DNA of 34,715 nt, taken from contig JAZKFH010000030.1 in NCBI GenBank assembly GCA_040386535.1, positions 1-34,715 on the forward strand, given 5' to 3'. The notes beneath the pieces are model-generated. The model saw nothing but the letters and a program-made list of their open reading frames with translations, was not told where the DNA came from and searched no databases. This DNA comes from Myxococcota bacterium (GTDB lineage: Bacteria > Myxococcota_A > UBA796 > SXON01). Positions 9,733-16,261 of the stretch are shown in pieces (positions within the stretch are counted from its first letter, which is position 1; every line of letters starts with the position of its first letter). A program made the position numbers and the translations under genes.

Positions 9733-10619
9733 CGGGGCTCCGGGTGACACGAGGAGGCGAGGCGTTCGTCTTCGCCGAGGGCGCCGACGCCCTCCAGGAC
9801 ATCGAAATGGGGGAGCGCCGCGGCGCAGTCACCCGCCGCGACGTGGAGCCGCGCGGCCACGCGGCGCAGCTCGAGATCACGCGCGCCGGGCCACAGGCGG
9901 AGGGCATGCTCCGTGGCGGCGAGCGCGTCCGCGTCCCGACCTTCGGCGAGGAGCGCGCCGACACGCATGGCGGCCAGCTCGTTTGCGGCGGCGCCTGTGG
10001 CGTCAGGGCGGGCGAGGGCCGCGTCGAGCTCGTCGAGGGTGACGGCCGCGCTGGCTCCGCGCGCCTGCAACGCCCGGATGCGGCCGAGGGCGCCGGCGGC
10101 GGTGCGCGGGAGGCACGTGCGCGCCTGGTCGGCCACGAGGAGGACGGGGCCCCCGAAGGCGCAGTCCACCTCGACGCGGCCGTGGGCGACGGCGACCGTG
10201 GTGCCGAGCGCGTCGCGGGTGACGGTGAAGCCGGTGCCGACGACGCGCACGTCCGCCTCGTCGGTCACGACGGTGAGGCGCACCCCGCGCTCCGGCTCGA
10301 CCTCGACGGTGAGGGCGCCGCTGGACCAGGCGATCTCGATGTGTTCGTCGCCCTGGTGCGCGTTCCCAGTGCCGTCGGCGCTCAGCTGCACGTCGGGAGT
10401 GAGCGCGACCTCGCCGTGGGAGAGGGGCACGTCGGCGATCGGGGAGGGCGCGCGGAGGGCGAGGGCGAGGGCGGCGGCCATGCCGACGGTGATGGCCACC
10501 ACGGGCGCGGCGCGACGGCGGCGGGGCGCGCGGAGGCGGTCGCGGAGGCGGCGCTCGGTGTCCGGGCGGAGCTCGCCCGACGCCCGATATTCGCGGAGGA
10601 GGGTGCGGTAGTCAGCCAT
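9729..10619 (-). CDS. FecR-domain anti-sigma factor-like membrane protein with C-terminal TPR-like helices
   Basis: Short cytoplasmic N-terminus, one TM segment (VVAITVGMAAALALAL), FecR signature LTVVTDEADVRVVGTGFTV...TTVAVAHGRVEV, and a helical C-terminus. Confidence 0.85.
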   Translation of the reverse strand: MADYRTLLREYRASGELRPDTERRLRDRLRAPRRRRAAPVVAITVGMAAALALALRAPSPIADVPLSHGEVALTPDVQLSADGTGNAHQGDEHIEIAWSSGALTVEVEPERGVRLTVVTDEADVRVVGTGFTVTRDALGTTVAVAHGRVEVDCAFGGPVLLVADQARTCLPRTAAGALGRIRALQARGASAAVTLDELDAALARPDATGAAANELAAMRVGALLAEGRDADALAATEHALRLWPGARDLELRRVAARLHVAAGDCAAALPHFDVLEGVGALGEDERLASSCHPEPR

Positions 10620-10695
10620 CGACGGGCAACACCGAGGCGAGGAAGCTCTCCTCGTTCTCAGCGGTGTTCGCGGGGCTGGGCAGCGGTCGTTCCAT
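10612..10695 (-). pseudogene. 27-codon mini-ORF, possible internally deleted ECF sigma-factor remnant
   Basis: ATG at 10695 preceded by the RBS-like AAGGTGGAG. Peptide MERPLPSPANTAENEESFLASVLPVDG. Its stop overlaps the fecR-like start (ATGGCTGA), and it sits where the cognate sigma gene normally lies. Confidence 0.4.
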
Positions 10696-12121
10696 CACTC
10701 CACCTTGTCGGGACCACGCGTCCGGGATCACTCTCCACACGAAATACCAGCCCGCCGGCCGCCCAGGTGCGCCCGAGGCTCGCGATCGTCTCGCCGTTGC
10801 GCACGAAATCGACGGCCCGCAGCTCCAGGCCGCCCTCCGCGTAGAGCTCGACGCGGAGCCACTCGTTGAGGGGGAGCCCCCCGCCGATCGCGGCCAGGAG
10901 CGCGGGGGCCACACCCGACTGCGCGTCGGCGCCGCCCTGGCGGAACACGAACACGTCTACGGCGGGGCCGGCCTCGGCGTACAGACCGGCGGCGCCGGGG
11001 ATCCGCCCCCCGACGAGCGCGGCGGCGCGCGCGGTGGTGAGGGGCTGGTCGGCCGGGGTGCGCGCGAAGCTGCCGGACACCGCGACGCCGGCGGTGAGGA
11101 CCCCGAGGTGCACGTGCCCGCCGAGGCGCGCGCCGGGGGCGGGGGTGAGGCCGGCGCGGAGGGTGGCGGCGGGTCCGGCGGTGAGGGAGAGGGTGAGGAA
11201 TTGGGGTTTGGTGGGGGGCTTCTCGGGGAGGGGCGTGGCTTGGGGGGCGACGGGCGCTTCGGTGGCGACGGGCGCCTCGGTGGCGACGGGCGCTTCGGTG
11301 GCGACGGGTGCTTCGGTGGCGGCGGGCGCTTCGGTGGCGACGGGTGCTTCGGTGGCGACGGGTGCTTCGGTGGCGGTGGGCGCTTCGGTGGCGGCGGGCG
11401 CTTCGGTGGCGGCGGGCGCTTCGGTGGCGACGGGCGCGGACGCGGCCGGGGGCGCCGTGCGCTCGGCGGTGGCGACGGCGGGCGTGTCCGTGGCGTCGAC
11501 GGCGAGCGCGTTGGGATCGGTGGTCGGGGCACTGACGGCGAGGGGCGCGCCGTGCGCCTCCGGTGTGGGCTCCTTCCGCGGGTCGACTTGCTCGGAGGCG
11601 CGCGGGTCGAGGGCGGCACGGGCGGCGGATGCGGGCGGATCCACGGCACGTGAGGCAGCCGTCACGGGCGGAGCGACGAGGGGCCCAACGGCGGTGCGCG
11701 ACGACGCGGGCGCTGCGCCGGATGGCACCGGCTGCCGCCTCGCGGGCGGTGCGGCGGGAGGGGCCGGGGGCGGCGTCGCGGAGGTGACCCCCGTCGGCAC
11801 CCCCGCGCGTTCGGTGGCGAGTACGGCGCGCGGCAACGGCACGGCTGCCACCGGGCCGGGCGCGAGGAGGCTGGACGCGAGCAGCGCCACATCCTCACGG
11901 GCGCGCGCCGATCGGGGGTGTGGCACCCGCGCCGTGCGCGCACCGGTGGCGCCGGCCGCGGTCAGCACCCAGGTCTCGCCGTCGATGCGGACGCGCACCA
12001 CCCCGCTCGCGCCGGCCTCCTCGACCAGCGCGAGCGCGGACTCCCAGTCGCCGGGCGCCTCGCCCGAGGGCAGCTCCAGCCAGGACGCGGCGTGGGCGAG
12101 GGCGACGAGCAGGAGGAGCAC
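10658..12121 (-). CDS. Exported protein with Pro/Ala/Thr-rich repeat linker and a C-terminal beta-strand-rich (small OM barrel-like) domain
   Basis: GTG at 12121 gives the signal peptide VLLLLVALAHA. (ATEAPx)10 linker. C-terminal amphipathic strands such as GLYAEAGPAVDVFVF, WLRVELYAEGGLEL and WAAGGLVFRV. Confidence 0.7.
   Translation of the reverse strand: MLLLLVALAHAASWLELPSGEAPGDWESALALVEEAGASGVVRVRIDGETWVLTAAGATGARTARVPHPRSARAREDVALLASSLLAPGPVAAVPLPRAVLATERAGVPTGVTSATPPPAPPAAPPARRQPVPSGAAPASSRTAVGPLVAPPVTAASRAVDPPASAARAALDPRASEQVDPRKEPTPEAHGAPLAVSAPTTDPNALAVDATDTPAVATAERTAPPAASAPVATEAPAATEAPAATEAPTATEAPVATEAPVATEAPAATEAPVATEAPVATEAPVATEAPVAPQATPLPEKPPTKPQFLTLSLTAGPAATLRAGLTPAPGARLGGHVHLGVLTAGVAVSGSFARTPADQPLTTARAAALVGGRIPGAAGLYAEAGPAVDVFVFRQGGADAQSGVAPALLAAIGGGLPLNEWLRVELYAEGGLELRAVDFVRNGETIASLGRTWAAGGLVFRVESDPGRVVPTRWSDGTTAAQPREHR
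11249..11428. repeat. Coding VNTR, 10 x 18 bp (ATEAP[V/A/T])
   Basis: Unit GACGGG(C/T)GCTTCGGTGGC and variants repeated 10 times in frame. Confidence 0.95.
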
Positions 12122-12275
12122 GGGCGGAGGGTACACCGGGTTTTCCGAGGTCGGCGACGCCGCGCGGGCGTTGGTCGATGCGGGGCAGCCGGACCGCGCG
12201 GACGCGGCCGCTGCGGCGACGGGCTGCCGGGCGCGGACGGCGCTCCGGAGGACGAGGGCGCCACGGTCGGGGGGC

Positions 12276-12372
12276 CGTCCAGCAACGGTGAGCCTGACGG
12301 TCAGGTGGCGGGTTGCTGGACGTCGCGTCCAGCAACGGCGGGCCTGACGGTCAGGTGGCGCCTTGCTGGACG
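12276..12372. repeat. Palindromic repeat family A, 2 units with 50-bp period
   Basis: CGTCCAGCAAC-N6-CCTGAC-G-GTCAGG-N6-GTTGCTGGACG at 12276, and a near-identical copy at 12326. Confidence 0.9.
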
Positions 12373-12544
12373 CCCGCGCGTCGAAAGCGGTCACAACTCG
12401 GGAGGATGTCGAGGACGTCGGGAGTTGTGACCGGCCCGCGCCTCGAAAGCGGTCACAACTCGGGAGGATGTCGAGGACGTCGGGAGTTGTGACCGGCCCG
12501 CGCCTCGAAAGCGGCCACAACTCGGGAGGATGTCGAGGACGTCG
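12373..12544. repeat. Palindromic repeat family B, about 2.7 near-identical units with 62-bp period
   Basis: GG(T/C)CACAACTCGGGAGGATGTCGAGGACGTCG starts at 12389, 12451 and 12513. The first two units close with GAGTTGTGACC, a perfect inverted arm. Confidence 0.92.
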
Positions 12545-12576
12545 CGACGGGATCAGCATAGCTCGGTGACCGCGCA

Positions 12577-12765
12577 GAGGTCATGCCCCATCGAACGCCG
12601 CGAAATCGAGGTCATGCACTCTCGAACGCCGCATTCGGCAGCTGCCACCACCGGCGCGCACGGACCAAGCGTCACTATTCATGTGTCATGCGTCGGTGGG
12701 GGCACGGATTCGTGCATTCAGGGTGACATGACTCTGGAAAACGTTCATTCGATGAGACATGACAC
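12577..12765. repeat. Repeat family C: two direct plus two inverted GTCATG-N7-GAA(C/T)G motifs forming a long imperfect inverted repeat
   Basis: GAGGTCATGC...CGAACGCCGC at 12577 and 12608. Inverted CATGAC copies at 12727 and 12758. Both pairs are 31 bp apart. Confidence 0.7.
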
Positions 12766-12782
12766 CGGGTCAACCGCGATCG

Positions 12783-13589
12783 TCACGGCGCGACGCGAGT
12801 CTGCTCGAGCGCCTCCACGAGGCCCTCCATGTAGGTGGAGCACGGCCCGTCATACACCGGCGGCTTCCACGGGAGCACCGTCACGGTGCTCCGACCGTCC
12901 AGGCGCACTTGGGTCGTCGACACGGTGGGCCACGCGGTCACCGCGGACTCTTCGGGCCACGACGGAGACAAGAACAGGATGCTGTCCTGGAGGTGTGGCG
13001 ACACACCCGCCAGCACCTCGCCCCACGTCAGCGCGGGGCGAACATCCACGCCGATCGTATGGGGCCTGTGTCCCCCCGGTGAGGGCACCGGCGTCGGAGG
13101 AAACGACGTGACAGACAACCCGGCTCGGGTGAAGCCGATGGTCCAATTGTCGTAGTCGCACCCCTCGAACGGCGGGAAGGCCGTGGCGGCGTCGACCAGG
13201 ATGCGCACGTCCGCGCCGTGGCGGGCGACGAAGTAGAGCAGCTCCGTGACCCGGTCGTACGACGTGGCGGCGTCGAACGTCACGAGCACCGCGGCGCGGC
13301 GCGCGTTCGGGCACGACTCGGCCCAACGCAAGTCCTGGCGCAGCTGCTCGTGGAGGGCCTCGTCCGAGTCGAACGCGCGGCCCATGAACGCGCGGGCGTC
13401 CGGGCCGATTTGGAGCACGGCGAGACGGCCCGGCTCGGCGCCAGGGTCGGAGTACCACGCGCACGACGCCGCGATCGGCGGCCACACGAAGTCGGCGACG
13501 GGGACGGACCACCCGGCGCTCACCTGGAGGGCCGCGACCTCACGGGGAGGCGCCGGGGTACACGCGAGGAGGAGGAGGAGCAGCCCCAT
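12783..13589 (-). CDS. Hypothetical lipoprotein with ExbD/TolR-periplasmic-domain-like segments
   Basis: Lipobox LLLLLLAC. Segments VLVTFDAATSYDRVTELLYFVARHG and IGVDVRPALTWGEVLAGV resemble the ExbD 'V.I.AD....Y..V..(V/L)' pattern. Confidence 0.6.
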   Translation of the reverse strand: MGLLLLLLACTPAPPREVAALQVSAGWSVPVADFVWPPIAASCAWYSDPGAEPGRLAVLQIGPDARAFMGRAFDSDEALHEQLRQDLRWAESCPNARRAAVLVTFDAATSYDRVTELLYFVARHGADVRILVDAATAFPPFEGCDYDNWTIGFTRAGLSVTSFPPTPVPSPGGHRPHTIGVDVRPALTWGEVLAGVSPHLQDSILFLSPSWPEESAVTAWPTVSTTQVRLDGRSTVTVLPWKPPVYDGPCSTYMEGLVEALEQTRVAP

Positions 13590-13749
13590 CCGAAGGGCTA
13601 ACCCCTGGAGCGCGCCAGCCGGACGGAGGGCGGCCGCTGCGCGGCCGGTCCCGACGCGTCAGCGGCGGACGGAGGCGCTTTGCGCCGACCCCGGAGGAGG
13701 GCGCCGGCGTCAGCCGGGGCGCCCAACGTCCAACTCTCGGGGCGCGATG

Positions 13750-15000
13750 TCAGAACAAATGATCGAACATCAGATAGAACCCCCACTGCAACGCCGGCCC
13801 CTGGTCCGTGAGGTCGGGGCTCACGCCGGCGTCGACGCGGCCGACGATGCTCTCGCCCCAGATGGCGCGCACGCCGCCGCCGACGGCGGGGTGGATGGGG
13901 AGCGCGGGATCGGGGGCGGTGGCGTCGTCACCGGAGCCCCACACGGCGCCGAGGTCGACGAAGGGGACGAGCTGCCACCGCAGCTCCTGCTTGAGCGCGC
14001 GGTGACGCAACACGTCGAGGCGGAGCTCGGTGTTGGACACGGCCTTGCCCGGGCCGCGCCAACGGCCGAAGGCCACGCCGCGGAGGGTCTCGGAGCCGCC
14101 CATGCCCGGGATGGGGACGACGCCGCCCCAGAACACCATCTCGTAGAAGGGAACGTCGCCGAACAGCCACTCGGCCATGACGCGCTGCGCGACGACGACC
14201 CCCGGGGTGATGCGCCCCCAGCCGCGCGCGGAGACGAACGGGCCGCCGAACGTGTACGTGCCGGTCACGCCGCGGCCAGCCACCTCGAGCAGCCAGCCGC
14301 GGTCGGGAGTGACCTCGGGCTCGCGCGTGTCCCACAAGGCGCCGGCGATGAGCTGGACGCCGAGGCCGCCGTCCATCCCGACGGGTTGCTGCTCGGCGAG
14401 GAGGGAGCCCGGCGTGGCGTCGATGAGGCTGTACCGCACGTTGACGGAGCCGTAGAGGGAGAAGGGGCCCGCGCCGCCGTCGCTCGCGGAGAGGGCGTGC
14501 CGCACCGCCACCTGGCCGAAGGGCTGGATGAGCGAATAACGATAACGCTTGCGGTCGGGATCGTCGGGACCGGCGTCCTGGTAGGCGACCTCGCGCTCGG
14601 TGCCGTTGCCGATGCCCCAGTAGCCGTCGTTGAGCCACGCGCGGAGGGCGAAGTGGCCGGTGACGCGCATGCGCTCCTCGGGCCCGACGCCGACGAGATC
14701 GAAGCGGAAGCGGTGGTGGTGGTAGCCGTTGGTGGTGGCGAACAGGTGCACCACGAACGAGCTCTTGTACGGATCGAGGCCGGCGCGCGGCTGGATGACC
14801 TCGGCGCGGACGCCGAAGCCGAGCTTGTCGTCGGTGTCGTAGGAGAGGTTGGGGAGCACGAGCCACTTGAGCTTTTCGCGGGCGGGCGCGGGCTCTACGA
14901 GGGGCGCGGGCTCTACGAGAGGCGCAGGTTCGACGACGGGCGCGGGCTCCTCCGCACGAGCGGCACCGACAAGCGCAACGAAGGAGAGGAACGCGAGCAC
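13750..15000 (-). CDS. Omp85/BamA-TamA (surface antigen) family outer-membrane beta-barrel without POTRA domains
   Basis: LPNLSYDTDDKLGFG first strand, DTREPEVTPDRG, MGGSETLRGVAFGRWRG (loop-6 (V/L)RG motif), FVDLGAVW, and a terminal Phe (FYLMFDHLF). GTG at 15000 gives a signal peptide; alternative ATG at 15084. Confidence 0.85.
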   Translation of the reverse strand: MLAFLSFVALVGAARAEEPAPVVEPAPLVEPAPLVEPAPAREKLKWLVLPNLSYDTDDKLGFGVRAEVIQPRAGLDPYKSSFVVHLFATTNGYHHHRFRFDLVGVGPEERMRVTGHFALRAWLNDGYWGIGNGTEREVAYQDAGPDDPDRKRYRYSLIQPFGQVAVRHALSASDGGAGPFSLYGSVNVRYSLIDATPGSLLAEQQPVGMDGGLGVQLIAGALWDTREPEVTPDRGWLLEVAGRGVTGTYTFGGPFVSARGWGRITPGVVVAQRVMAEWLFGDVPFYEMVFWGGVVPIPGMGGSETLRGVAFGRWRGPGKAVSNTELRLDVLRHRALKQELRWQLVPFVDLGAVWGSGDDATAPDPALPIHPAVGGGVRAIWGESIVGRVDAGVSPDLTDQGPALQWGFYLMFDHLF

Positions 15001-15123
15001 GAGCCCCGCTAACGCCCCACTCGCGGAGCATGGCTCCAACGTGTGTCGATCCGTCGACAATCGTTCCTCCTCCCTGGCATCCATGGAGCCCCCGGTTAGT
15101 CGCGCCCCCGCTCCAGGTTCCCC

Positions 15124-16179
15124 ATGCGTACGACCGTCCTGCTCCTCCTGTCCCTCGCCGCCTGCGCCCCCGACGAGCGCGCCGCCCGCGACCTCGGCGG
15201 CCTCGAGGACGACGGCCGGACGGCCCGCGTGATGGAGGAGGGCACCCGCGACGCCTCGGGGGTGCTCGCGTTCCTGAACGACCCGTCGACCACGCTGACG
15301 CTGCTCGACATCGACGTGGCGCTCGACCGCCGCGCCGCCACCAACCTCATCGCGCATCGTGACAGCGATCCGTTCGGAACGATCGCCGAGGTGGACGCGG
15401 TGGCGTACGTCGGGGACAGCGCGCTCGCCGCGCTCCTGGCCTACGCAACGGCGCACGGCTGGGTGCCGGCGGGCGCCGACTACTACGGCACCGTCGAGGG
15501 CGTGGCGTTCACGTGGGACGAGGCGGTCGCGACGGTCGGCCTCGCCAACACTGCGACGCTGGCGGTGCTCGATGTCGACGTGGCGCTCGACAGCCGGGCC
15601 GCCAACGCGATCGTGGCCCAGCGGCCCTTCGTGGACGTGCAGGCCCTGGCGGGCGCGTCCTACGTGGGCGGCTCGGCGCTCGACAAGCTGCGGGTGTGGT
15701 CCGCGGCCGATGACGGCGGGTACAGCACCTCCGAGGCCGTCGCCGCGCTGACCTCCGCGTCGGCCGGGCTCTGGTACTCGAGCGAGTCCGACTACCGGCT
15801 CACGGTTTTCACCGTCGTGGGCGAGGGCGACAGCGCCGTGACCGTCGCGAACGCGAAGGAGAAGCTGGGCAGCGCCTACGTGGAGCACGAGGGCTACGAG
15901 ACGCTGGCCGAGCGCGCCGTGGAGGAGCGTACGGTCGCGGACGTGTTCGACCGCTACACGGTGCCCGAGGACTGGTGGGACGAGTACAACGTCGAGCAGG
16001 CGCCGCAGTGGCAGGGGTTGCGGGCCATCTTCGACGAAGAGCTCTCCGACGTGACCGTCATCCGCTTCGGCCGCGCGCACAGCTCGGGCGGCCTGGTGGG
16101 CGCGATCGACGTGTTCGTGGTGGGCGCGACGGCGGACGGGGATCTCGTCGGCGTGTGGACGGTCGCGGTCGAGACATAG
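15124..16179 (+). CDS. Lipoprotein with two ComEA-like helix-hairpin-helix repeats and a C-terminal nuclease A inhibitor (NuiA-like) domain
   Basis: Lipobox LSLAAC. Two repeats (L/A)N..T...LD.DVALD.RAA..(L/I).A.R..F......(A/G)..YVG.SAL. C-terminal LTSASAGLWYSSESDY...WQGLRAIF.EELSDVTVIRFG...IDVFVVGAT.DGDLVGVWT.AVET matches the NuiA pattern. Confidence 0.8.
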   Translation: MRTTVLLLLSLAACAPDERAARDLGGLEDDGRTARVMEEGTRDASGVLAFLNDPSTTLTLLDIDVALDRRAATNLIAHRDSDPFGTIAEVDAVAYVGDSALAALLAYATAHGWVPAGADYYGTVEGVAFTWDEAVATVGLANTATLAVLDVDVALDSRAANAIVAQRPFVDVQALAGASYVGGSALDKLRVWSAADDGGYSTSEAVAALTSASAGLWYSSESDYRLTVFTVVGEGDSAVTVANAKEKLGSAYVEHEGYETLAERAVEERTVADVFDRYTVPEDWWDEYNVEQAPQWQGLRAIFDEELSDVTVIRFGRAHSSGGLVGAIDVFVVGATADGDLVGVWTVAVET

Positions 16180-16261
16180 GCGCCCGGTCTCCGGCCGCTC
16201 GACGTCCTTGCCCCCGGGCCCCGCACGGCGTCCGCACCCGCCCCGGCATATACGCGCGCCC

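Noticed and set aside
12276..12544. CRISPR array
   Set aside because: The sequences between the palindromic cores are themselves near-identical (no unique spacers), there are only 2-3 units per family, and no cas genes lie in the window.
12122..12559. N-terminal extension of the 10658..12559 ORF, and ORF 12530..13111
   Set aside because: These translate the non-coding repeats. A signal peptide begins at GTG 12121.
12276..12765. Integron attC sites / cassette array
   Set aside because: The hairpins are tandem with no ORFs between them, a consistent RYYYAAC...GTTRRRY pair is not maintained across units, and there is no integrase.
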